From Mytilus edulis (taxonomy: Eukaryota): a stretch of DNA of 64,000 nucleotides. A program made the translations under genes and the position numbers. The DNA is taken from positions 36,518,001 to 36,582,000 of the forward strand of contig NC_092355.1 of the NCBI RefSeq assembly GCF_963676685.1, given 5' to 3'. Of this stretch, positions 26,304 through 38,277 are shown in pieces. A model generated the notes under the pieces. The model had not been told where the DNA came from. It was given only the letters and a program-made list of their open reading frames with translations, and ran no database searches. Positions within the stretch are counted from its first letter, which is position 1. Every line of letters starts with the position of its first letter.

Positions 26304-27031
26304 TAACATTTTGTTAGTTTAGAGTTAAACAAAGCTATGCAACACATGTACAATACAAATCATCTATCAACATTAACACACTTTTTTAATACAAAACTAA
26401 TTTCAAATATATATAACTTAATGATTCATATTTTAATGCTTCGCAGGGGAATTAACAAACAAAATAAATATTGGTCTTGATACACAAAACAAAACAATAG
26501 TCTTGGCCTTGAGTATTGTAGGAATGCCTGCTCAAGGTATGATGTGACATATTTGAATGTACTATAATTAACATCCACCGGGTCATTAAAAAACATGATT
26601 TACCTAACTAATCAAATGCAAAAAAAGACTCACGGGAAAACGGCCCTACCTTTTTTTCTAAAATCTCTGTTAGTTTGCAAAAGTCTCAAATGAGAGGGAC
26701 GGGCCACCTCATCCTTCCTTTTCCTGGACACCCAAATGTCTCAACACGCCTTGTCAGGGACGGAGGAAAACGTAAGTCTTAGGAAGGTTATTCAGAACCT
26801 TTAAAATACCTGACTGTGTGGTACGCGCTATGCTCATTGGTGAAGGCCGTACGTTGACCTATCGTTTTTAATTTTTGCGTCATGCGGTCTCTTGTGAAGA
26901 GTTGTCATTTTGGCATTCATACCACATCCTCTTTTTTATATTATATTGTTACTTTCGGTTGAACTTATTGGAAACTAGAGTCGTGTCTGTATATTTATAA
27001 TTATTTTAATTTAAAAGCATGGATGTATAAC

Positions 27032-27839
27032 GCACACTCTAAAAGTAGGACAACTTAATTCCCCCTAAAAATCTAAATATTTATATAGCATTTTAACATC
27101 AATCAATATATAAAAATACTACATTTCCAATACTATATCAATAGCCCGATGCACTCACAGTACCTTCAATAAGGATATGTACATCGCAGCAGTCCACAGC
27201 GTTTTCGAATGCTCAAACTTGTAATTTTTAAAATGCATATCATTGATGCGTTTTGTTTTAATCTGTGTCAGAAAAACGTTTACCAGAACGTAATAGGAGT
27301 TTACACATAACGTAACAGTTGTTCGGACATAATGTATTAAGCGTTTGCAAATAACGTAATAGGTGATTGGACATACTGTAATAGGTATTTTCACATAACG
27401 TTATAGGTGTTTACACATAATGAAAAAGATGTTAAACATAACGTTATATGTGTTTGCACATAACGTTATACGTGTTTGTACACAATGTAATAGGCATTGG
27501 TTCATACCGTTATAGGTGCACATAACATAAACAATATTTATACAAAACCTATCAGTTGTTTGCATATAAGGTTATAAGTGTTTGCACATACTGTATTAGG
27601 TGTTTGAACGTAATGTAAATGCATTGCACATGACGTAATGAACGCTAACAGAGAATATTAATTGTTTGGCAAAACGCAAATGAACTATACCAATAAGTGT
27701 CATGTTTTTCACTGGAGATACATATGTATAAACACAACATAAAACCGTTAGACTATAACATCCTGAGGTTTTCATAGAACAAAGATGTGTCAAAACAAAA
27801 CGTTTAGAACATTCGGCATAACAATCTTATTTGTGACAG
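27032..27839 (-). repeat. Inverted copy of the 14738-15757 repeat
   Basis: Reverse-complement similarity, including the 22-bp minisatellite at ~27285-27610. Confidence 0.8.
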
Positions 27840-28530
27840 AACGAAATAAGTTACATGTTACTGACTTACTTAAAGGAAGAATAGACACAAAATAGTGAAA
27901 ATATGAAAGAATGTAAAGACGGTGGATCATAAAGTTAAAAGGTATTCATGGAATATATAGTTGTTACAGTATAATGTAATACCTATTGAACACAACAAAG
28001 ATTAGCAATGACATATCATACAAGTGTTTGACCAACCAATCAATTAATTTGACATAACACAGATATGTAGTGTCAGGAAATAAAGGCATCTGCACATAAC
28101 ATAAAGACGAAATTACAGGACGTAAAAGCAAAGCCACAACACTTATTAAATATTTACACTTTAAGACAGTTCCGGCGTTCCATAGAAAATGAAACAAAAA
28201 AACTGACGTGCATTTTTTTCTGCGTGGTGGCTTCTTCAAGGTATATTTTAAATACTGTTTACTACAATATTTTGACTAGCAAAACATTTCTAGAGTGGGA
28301 AAATAAGACGTAAATATCAATCTTTCGGAAAATTGTACCATTAATCGTTTCTTGGATAAATACACAATTAAAAACTTAATAAAATCTTGCAGTTAAACAG
28401 CTTTGAAACCGACTGAAAAGTTCAAAGTACAAACAAGCAATTGTCTTGAAAAATGAATATACAAAAGCAGATGCGTTATGTATGCCACTGAATGACAGGC
28501 ACAACATACAGATTGTGGAGACAGAACTTT

Positions 28531-29347
28531 AACAAGAATGTGTCCATACTACACGGATGCCCCACTCGCACTATCATTTTCCATGTTCAGTGGACCGTAA
28601 AAATTGGGGTCAAAACTTTATTTTGGCATTAAAATTAGAAAGATCATATCACGGGGAACATGTGTACTAAGTTTCAAGTTGAGTGGACTTTAACTTCATC
28701 AAAAACTACCTCGACCAAAAACTTTAACCTGAACTTTGCACTATCATTTTCTATGTTCAGTGGACCGTGAAATTTGGATCAAAACTTTAATTTGGCATTA
28801 AAATTAGAAATATCATATCATGGGGAACATATGTACGAAGTTTCATGTTGATTGGACTGTAACTTCATTAAAAACTACCTTGACCAAAAACTTTAACCTG
28901 AACTTTGCACTATCATTTTCTATGTTCAGTGGACCGTGAGATTGGAATCAAAACTTAAATTTGGCTTTAAAATTAAAAAGATCATATCATGGGGAACATG
29001 TGTACTAAGTTTCAAGTTAATTGGACTTCAACTTCATCAAAAACTACCTTCACCAAAAACTTTAACCTGAAACTAACACTTTCATTTTCTATGTTCAGTG
29101 GACCGTGCAATTGGGGTCAAAACTTTAATTTAGCATAAAAGTTAGAAAGATCATATAATGGGGAACATATGTACTAAGTTTAAAGTTGATTGGACTTCAA
29201 CTTCATCAAAAACTACTTTGACCAAAAACTTTAACCTGAAGTGGGACGAACGGACGGACAAACAGACGAACGGACAGACAGACGGACGAACGGACGTACA
29301 GACCAGAACACATAATGCCCCTCTACTATCGTAGATCGGGCATAAAA
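28531..29347. mobile_element. Helentron-associated (HINE-like) element carrying four ~170-bp satellite monomers
   Basis: Monomers (GCACTATCATTTTC.ATGTTCAGTGGACCGT...) start at ~28568, 28738, 28907 and 29077; (GGAC/AGAC)n microsatellite at 29245-29300; terminal hairpin ATGCCC..GGGCAT; absent in paralog 2 near 54150. Confidence 0.8.
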
Positions 29348-29602
29348 ATCAGTTGGTATTAAAACTATTGTCAGTTAAACACTTGATTAATGTATTTACC
29401 TGAACAATACTACTTCGAACAAAGGTATTTAAAAGAAGATACATATTACACTATACTAAGTTGTAGATTGTGCATGTTTTATTTAATGTCTAGTTCATTT
29501 CAATCATTTGTTACTTTAATGACGAGCTGTATCTTGTTATGTTGTATGTATTTATTTTGTATGATTAATAATATAAAGGATGAGCTGATTCTAATAACTT
29601 AC

Positions 29603-29617
29603 CCACAACCAGAACAT
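29603..29617 (-). CDS. 15-nt phase-2/phase-2 microexon (R-C-S-G-C-G) of B-box gene 1
   Basis: Minus strand ttatacag|ATGTTCTGGTTGTGG|gtaagt. Conserved with the same splice sites in paralog 2 (54409-54423) and in frame with exon 1. Confidence 0.72.
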
Positions 29618-30446
29618 CTGTATAAGTATCCATGGCGTTGCTCCTTTTTTTCAAGGACTGGTGCACAATTGCTATCAAAAAGATTTGATTTCTTTATGGT
29701 TTTTTTTAAATGTTTAAATAAATAATTCATTTTGAAATTATTTAATTCTATTTAAAAGTACTATGTAAAATCTGGGATTTTTTTTTATATAAAGGATAAA
29801 AGTACAGGTAAACACACTAATGTACAAAACTGTTGTTGTCATTTTTCAATAAAGTATAATGAAATACGAAACTATTATAGTTTCATAATATGTCTTATCA
29901 TTTAACAGTATGCTCACATTATATAAAATGTACATTTGGATATTTGAAATTTCTTCAATATTTGATAATGATGTTAACTTAAAAAAAACCACTCTTTTGT
30001 AGATGATAATTTTTTTCTATTACTCAATGTAAAGTGATAACTTGTATTATCAATGCATATACTGTTATGATTAATTGTGTTATCATTATGATCAATGCAG
30101 TTCTTATCATATGTTTTGTATAACTGCATGAGCTATTTTTTCATTACTTGTGGACGGTGTTATTCCGTTACTTAAAGCGCTTCATTAATTGGAAAACACT
30201 GTCTACGTCAGTAGTTACCGATATAGTTTATGTTACTTATAAAAAAGAACGTGTATTTTGGAGATATATTTAAAAAGAGTAGGTATGTTCCAAGCTTTCA
30301 ATCTTAAGTTGTGGTATGTGTATTTGTCAATCATTTCTTGCTATATATGAACTTTAAAAATAATGTCACTCAAAATTTTAAAGTTTTGCAAGGTTTATGA
30401 TGCAAACTGTATCAATTTAAAAGACATCGCATATTGTTATATTTAC

Positions 30447-31213
30447 CTAATATTATATGTCCCTATCATTTGTCTGATGTCATCTTCAGCTACAGATTTA
30501 CGACTAAATGATATTTTGGGAAACTTTGGAAGAGAATTTATATGTAGTTTGTCAATTTCTTCTTTCAGATTATTGATCTTTTGTACCAAATTTCCATCCT
30601 GTCGGGTCTTAGCTAGTTCTGTTCTCTTTCTGTCTAATGTCTGTACGGCTACAAGCTCGGATTTAGCATCAGCTAACATATTCATCAGCTTGTCTTTCTC
30701 CTTCTTGGATTGTTCTTTCACTAAAGTAATCATCTGAGCTACGGTTTCATCAACCATACGTTTAATCTTACCGCCTTCGTCGTTGATGGCTTTTATAACA
30801 GACTCAACAGAATTATCAAACGATATTAAACTATCCTCAATTTTCTTTATATTTTGATTTGCTTCATTTGTTGTGGCATGAATTTTCGTTTCGTTTTCCC
30901 CTTGTAGTTGAACGATGACATCGAAAATCTGGGAAAACGTATGCCCATTGTGTTTTCCTGTCACACAACGTGTGCATATCTGTGCATTACATGTGTTACA
31001 ATTTAAAGTCAATTCTTCTTTGTGTTCATTACATTTAGATTTACCTTCCGGGATAAGTTCGGAAGCTTTTTGAAACTGGTGGTTTCTCGATAACTTCTGT
31101 CTATTGTGTAGTAACTTACAATTTCCACAATAGTATTCTTCACAGTCAATGCAATAGTGTGATCCCGGGGCACTCACGCAAACCTCACATGTTTTAGACG
31201 CAGCTTGAGCCAT
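30447..31213 (-). CDS. Coding exon 1 of RING-less TRIM-like protein (B-box1, B-box2, coiled coil), paralog 1
   Basis: ATG at 31213 (MAQAASKTC). B-box1 CEVC..YCIDCEEYYCGNC..H..H; B-box2 CNEH..CNTC..ICTRC..H..H; then a long helical/coiled-coil region. The exon is 767 nt (255 codons + 2) and ends ATT AG|GTAAAT, a phase-2 donor, so the ORF-track stop is intronic. Confidence 0.92.
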
Positions 31214-31239
31214 TTTAAATTCGATCAAAATCACAGTTA

Positions 31240-31247
31240 TGACGTCA
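31240..31247. promoter_or_regulatory. Perfect CRE/ATF palindrome just upstream of B-box gene 1
   Basis: TGACGTCA 27 nt upstream of the ATG; motif match only. Confidence 0.25.
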
Positions 31248-34200
31248 GGTTATTGTAGTACATGCTAATGAATTCTAATTTTAAATCAAGTACAATAGAT
31301 AGTATATAAATCATTGACAAGATTGTAATTGAACAATTCAACCAATGTTTCTTTGTGTTATGCTCAAGTGAACCCTCAGTTAACAATGAATACATGTATT
31401 ATGCTAACAGACATTTTATATTGAACGTGTAATATGAGTAATCTTATATATTAACGTTTAAATACCCGTAGTGTGTTTTTTACAGGATATCACATGTTAT
31501 TTACCTAACTACGTATTTAAATATAGACGTTGTACTTGATTGAATTTTAAACATTTCTTAGTATCTGCATACTTTCCACCAAAAGATTAATTCATACGAT
31601 AAGATTATATATTAAAAATAATCATGTTAATGAAGTATTTCTAAATCGGTAGAAAAAATTTAAGACGATATATCATATGTGTATTCAAATAACATTCTAT
31701 AATTCACAAAATATCCTATCATTTAAGAGGTTTTTTTAACGTTTACACTTTTGGTAATAAAAGCTACTAATAACATTATGTAGAGACACTTTACTTATTG
31801 AAACGTCAATGAACATGGCAAATGTGCATTACTTTATGATTTCTTTGTCAACAAATGTTATTGATGTCGATCGAGAGGGCGCTTTATTTAGGAACTTTCG
31901 TAAGATTTTTATTACTATTTTAAGTATCTCAAGTTCCTGTACGTCTATTTTGCATGTGATCTTTCGAGGGCTGTCTGATTTCAGTTTTTTAATTTCATGT
32001 AGGTTATCCAAAATCCGTGACCACGTCCGATTGTTAAGTGGATCGTCTATTAGGCCGATCAGGATGTATAATTACGCAGGTACATCCGGTCGAAATGCAA
32101 ACGTTTACACCGACGTGTTTTTGCGTTAAAGAACAATTGTAAGCATTTTTGCTTGTTACCTGGTGAAATGGAGTAACTTTAAAATTTCGATGCATATTAA
32201 TAGGTTCATGATAAATATCAGTACGAAAATGTTGTATGTTAACAATGAGACAACTATGTACCAGAAAACAAAAAAAAACGTTGTAGTTAACAACTATAAG
32301 AAACCATACAGTCTTAAAAATAAACAAAACCTATACCACATAGTTATCAGATGCATGTTCAACGCTTGAATATACAAGTAGTACTATGAACTGAAAATAT
32401 TTTTTTTTATATGATAAATTGAACATGAGTATATATTCTTGTATTTCAGTTGATAAAATTTAGAATTTCGCATAATGAAGTCACCACTAACGAAATATTG
32501 TCTACAGCCTTTAATGTATGTAACATATTGAATGTTTGATAATGGAATTTAAATTATGCTACAGTTAGCACGGGATCATGTACACAACACAAATAAGCAT
32601 TTTCGTGATGTAAGATTTAAAGAGCATGTTACAATGGTTGTTGTTTTTGTGAACAAAATATCATGTCCACAAAATATGTGTAATAGAAAGCTTGCTTTAC
32701 AAATATTTGCATTGACTAATAACTAAACAAAATTCTATCATAGCAAAATATGGAAAAATTAAGAATTAGTTATGTAATAATAAACGGCCCGTATACAGAT
32801 ATGTTTGAGAAAGTTTTGTTAAAATGCCATAAAAACAGTGAATAAATAATGACCGTAAAGTTAACACCCGGTCCTTGATGTAATGAACAAAAATGATGAA
32901 ATTCATGGCTGATTATTTCAATCTTAAAGGATGTAACAACTATGAAAATTAGTCTACATATTCATAACACTACAGTAAATGAAGTTTGTCTTTATTTTTA
33001 AAAATACCAGTACTAGAGCAAGCGCACATTGAACAATGTGTCCACCTTTTTTTATAAAACAAAAACAGACATGGTTGTCGTTTATTGAAGTGGTTCATCT
33101 CGTTTCTCGTTTCAGTATTTTATATAGCTCAGACGGTTGCAATGGTTATAAACTAGTCTTTTGTGGGGCTTTGTATAACAAACTAGTCTGTGTGAGCCAA
33201 TGCTTCATGTTGAAGACCGTATTTTGACCTATAATGGTTAACTTTTACAAATTATGACCAGGATGGAGAGATGTCTAAATGGAACTCATACTGCATCTTC
33301 TTATATATATAAACAATGGAATGTATAGCAGACTTGAAAGCCAGATAAATATGTTTACTACACACAAACACGATTAACAGAAATATTACGCTTCAAAAGA
33401 GGTGGCTATGTATGCTTATAAGACACTAGCACTAGACATCAATATGCATATCTAATTTTTCATAAAGTTATATCACACACTCAGCTAAAATATACATTTC
33501 CGTTCAGTATCACATGAGAGTGCATTGTAATCATTTTCCATATGAAAATAATTGACATCTAATAACTAGGCAAAATATGTATCTGACAAAATGTCTGAGA
33601 AGTTGGAATACATTGTAAAGATAGAAATAATAAAAAATTTCAAATGATCATACATAGCTTTTAACAACATGAAATATATGTAAACAAATACAATTGGCGA
33701 ACTATACGACAATGACAACATTTGTTTCTATCTTTCGCAAACAAATAATCATTTAGACTTTCTGTTAGTGTTTGAAAAGCAACAGCATGCCCCGACTAAT
33801 TTGAAACATTAGAAGCAAACTAATTTTCATTATGTTACAATACATGCTGAATGTTGAAGCCGCTTGTCCTTGAAGTTATTGGTGATGAGTAAACTCACCA
33901 CTGGGTTGCCTCCTTAATAATTTTCGTCATTTAAAACAGTATCGGCACGATCACATGACTCGATATGCCTTAATTACTTAGCTTGTTGTTTGACTTTTGT
34001 CTCTAGAATAGACATGTTTACCAGCCATGGTAATGCCATGAAACGTGTTTTAACGAAACTGCAATCTACAAAAAAAAAGTTTAATTTGTTAATGTTATTT
34101 ATTTGTTTTAAATATATTGGGAGAATCTTCCATTCGTTGTATACATTGGAAAGAAGAACAGGTAGAATGAATAATTAAATATAGGTCTGGCTCTATTTCG

Positions 34201-35740
34201 GGGATCGAAAATCCTAAGTAGTTTGCAACAATGGAGGTTTGTCTCATTTAATATTTAATTATGAACATCTAAATTCATGATAGACACCAGAGTAAGGAGT
34301 TGGTATGCCGTACCCGCTGTTCATCTAAAAAACACCTAATTAGTGACAGCTGAATAAAAAAAAAATACGATAAAAGGGACAAATAAATTACGAGGATGAC
34401 TAGTATTGACGTCTCACCGTTCGCAATGTTTTGACAAATATAGCTAAGGTACAGCTGTAGTCTGTATTACTGGCATAGAAAATATATTGACTTTGTAAAG
34501 TACATGTACAAGGTTTGCTAAAAGTTTGTTTCTAGTTATGACACAATAAATGATAATCCATGTCTGCAAATGAAACAGTATACATGAAATGAATACTGAA
34601 CTCCAAGGTAAATTTTTAAAAAGTCAATGAAAACTAAAAGAAAATAAAACATGATCAACAAACCGATTGAGTTGAGAAAAAATGTTAATATTTTTGGTCT
34701 TGCAGGAAAACAAATGCAGACATGCAAAATAGATGTCTTAAGGTAGATCCCGACACTAAGGGAAGAAACCCAATTACGACTGGTTCCCTATATTTACGCG
34801 CGAATATGGCGCTTAGAAATCGGAGACCTGGGAACAGTTATATTGTCGTCTGGTAACGAGTAAACAACCGCGATGGCTCGTTTCCGGAAGAACGGGAAGT
34901 TTAACAGAAAAATAAACTTCGTACGGTCATCAAAGATGAAATACATGAACAAGATATGTACCGAGGACCATCCATATGGGAAATTTACTGACAATTTACA
35001 AGATGATCATGAGATTATAATTAATTGTGAACTTGACGTAGGAGCATCTGTAACTGTATTAAACGATCCATCGCACGACGACTGTTGGAAAGAAGGAAGA
35101 AGAGTAGTTGAATTGATTCACCTTGCTGAAAACCTCTTTTGTAAGATGTGCAACTGTCCTCTCCAATTACTGGATACTGTAGGGGAGCGGAAATACGGAC
35201 TCGGAAGCGTTTTGTACATTCCTTGCAGTAGATGCCAGCCATGCGACAGTGTTGAGACAGGAAAAAGGAATGGAAAAGGAGCATTTCTCGTAAATTCAAA
35301 AGCTGCAATTGGTAAGATTCATTTTATTTCAACACTAAAATTCAATGAGAAGGTAATTGCTCATCTCTGATTATAAATGAGTTTGTCCAATGCCTTCTCT
35401 ACTCTTTCTTAATCCCTTATATTGGCCTGGGCAAATAGGGTAGGGGGATATTTTGAAAGTGCTGCGTGCAGGGGAAGTGCTGTCCAAATTTTTTAAAGTA
35501 TGATTCATTCTGGTAACTATACCCATCTTGTCTGGCTTTGATGTGTTCAGAATAGAATATTTGTATTTCCCAAATTACGGCCACAGGGCCCATACCTTAC
35601 ATAAAGAGTATCAGATCAGATACAATTGATTTACAAATTACATAATTGGTAACAACTGAATATTTCTCCTTTGTCATAAAAAGAATCTGCATCAAGTTTA
35701 TTAAAATCTTTTCACTAAAAGCACTATGCTACTGAACGAC

Positions 35741-35867
35741 TAGTCGAAATAATTATGACGTCTTGAAAGGCTATTATACTTTTTTTTATTTGATGCCTTA
35801 CTTCGACGTACCGCGTCAAAGAAAAAAATTATAAAAAATTTTCAAGATGTCATAATTATTTGGACTA
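35741..35867. mobile_element. 127-bp MITE with 9-bp TSD (Mutator-type)
   Basis: TIR TAGTC(G/C)AAATAATTATGAC; TSD CTGAACGAC at 35732-35740 and 35868-35876. Confidence 0.75.
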
Positions 35868-37099
35868 CTGAACGACATATCTGTAGTGTTACTAGCCATG
35901 AATCCATTTTTCTAGATTAAACCAAAGCTTATGTTCTAGGTTCAAGACCAATCTGGGTCCATTCACTCTGATTCTTGATTGACCTACGACCCATTTTCTC
36001 TACTTCTTGTTCGCTTTAGTAGGTCCATTCACACTAATTTTTCTTAGCATACATGTATATTGTATTATATGATATCTAAGTTATTATTTGATGAAAGTTT
36101 CGCCAACTGTTGTGTTAAATGTTTTGCTGTATATTTTCTTTCATTTCATTTATATTTAATAATCAATCTGATGCAATTTTAAGATATTGTCTTAATTTTT
36201 AAATTGTTATCTTATAAGTGTGTGTGCTTTGTAAGTTTGCCCCCTTCAGTAATGTATTAGAGTCTTTTTTCATAATTCATTAAAATTAATGATTGACAGT
36301 GTCAAAAAATCCCAATAGTATGCAATATATGATCTTCAACAATGAGTTAAACATATTCTGTATAGTAAGCTAATTTGAAACACTTTTTTCAATTCGTTTG
36401 CCTTTTTTGAATCATGTTGTTTTCCAGCCTGAAACAAAATTACATCTGTATATGTACTTATGTGCTTAGCACTGAAAATGTAAATATATAAAACAACATC
36501 AAAATTCTGTATCATACTATGCTACCTTTTCAGGGATGATACATTGTACATGCAGGAATAGGGTCTACACATGTGAACAACTTTCTTTCTGGTTTAAATG
36601 TCCCTTCAGTCAATCCATCAACAATCAAGAAGAAAGAAAATGAAGTTGGAAAGAAAATACATGAAGCTGCCATTGGATCATGTAAAACAGTTCAACAGCA
36701 AGAAAAAAATTTAAGTAATGGAAAGGTAAGATTTTTTGGTTCATATACATTGTAGTAAGGTGCATAAAACAAGACTTTTCTTAAACTTTGTATAAATTGG
36801 CCTTTTTAACTTTTTTTGGATTCGAGCATCACTGATGAGCCTTTTGTAGACGAAACGCGCATCTGGCGTATATATATAATTTAGTCCTGGTATCTATGAT
36901 GGGTTTATTCACCTATTTCTTAACCCATTTCACTTGGATTTAATATCAAGTCTTGAATAATCTAGGTTTTTTTTAATATTATAAATCTAAATATAGTAAG
37001 ATAAGGTATAAGTGCCAATGAGACCACTCTCAATCCAAATAAACATGTGAAAGCTCTCTCACAAGAAAACAACCAATTACTGAAAAATGTAAGGGCATA

Positions 37100-38277
37100 C
37101 ACTACATAGATATAGGAAGATGTGGTGTAAGTCCCAATGAGACAACTATACATGTATTTATATTTTGGAATTTGGGGCCTATTGTTAAATTGTTGGACAT
37201 TGAGTTCCAAAGGGTCCAAAATAATACTTTATTTTTGTTTTTTTTAATCAAATATCTAATTATTGGGGTTAAGTGATATGCCAAATTAAGCTGTGTATTT
37301 CGATTTTTCAAATTGGTCCTCATTACTTTAACTTAGTATGCAGTTTTTTGAAGAAAAAAAAATATAAATAATTTATTTATTTATTTATTCTGTCCGTTTA
37401 TTTAGATTGAAGTCAGTTTCGATGGAGGATGGCAAAAGCGGGGTAGTGGCTGGCACTATGACAGCAATACAGGTATACAAATTATCATACTCTTAAAATG
37501 TGGACAACTGTTTTAGCTCTACTATTTTATTTCAATTCAAGATATCTTATTTCTTCAAACAAGAGAAAACAGCCTATGGACAAGTAATATGAAGAAATGT
37601 ATCAATAATCTGGGTTTCTCATATCTAACATCTATTAATGTACCTATTACACCAATGCTTGCTAACAACGAATTCATGACAAAATTCACTACATAGATAT
37701 AGGAAGATGTGGTGTAAGTCCCAATGAGACAACTCTACATGTATTTATATTTTGGAATTTGGGGCCTATTATTAAATTGTTGGACATTGAGTTCCAAAGG
37801 GTCCAAAATTATACTTTATTTTTGTTTTTTTAATCAAATATCTAATTCTTGGGGTTAAGTGATTTGCCAAATTAAGCTGTGTATTTCGATTTTTCAAATT
37901 GGTCCTCGTTACTTTAACTTAGTATGCAGTTTTTTGAAGAAAAAAAATATAAATAATTTATTTATTTATTTATTCTGTCCGTTTATTTAGATTGAAGTCA
38001 GTTTCGATGGAGGATGGCAAAAGCGGGGTAGTGGCTGGCACTATGACAGCAATACAGGTATACAAATTATCATACTCTTAAAATGTGGACAACTGTTTTA
38101 GCTCTACTATTTTATTTCAATTCAAGATATCTTATTTCTTCAAACAAGAGAAAACAGCCTATGGACAAGTAATATGAAGAAATGTATCAATAATCTGGGT
38201 TTCTCATATCTAACATCTATTAATGTACCTATTACACCTATGCTTGCTCAAATAAAACAACGAATTCATGACAAAAT
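37100..38277 (+). repeat. Tandem duplication of ~585 bp containing the 67-nt catalytic exon
   Basis: cactacatagatataggaagatg at 37100 and 37687; exon copies at 37406-37472 and 37991-38057 are identical. Confidence 0.9.

Noticed and set aside
29390-29725. Plus-strand ORFs 29390-29725 and 54259-54495 similar between paralogs
   Set aside because: Different starts and ends and no protein features; similarity reflects duplicated intron around the minus-strand 15-nt exon.
30148-30170. Possible 23-nt exon (tttaag|TAACGGAATAACACCGTCCACAA|gtaat), also present in paralog 2 near 56038-56060
   Set aside because: Not a multiple of 3, weak donor, and no compensating exon found; left out of the model but not excluded.
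30363-30737. Plus-strand ORFs 30363-30737 and 56405-56719
   Set aside because: Antisense shadows of the B-box coiled-coil exons.
31829-32011. 60-aa minus-strand ORF upstream of B-box gene 1
   Set aside because: Non-ATG start, no motif, and no counterpart upstream of paralog 2.
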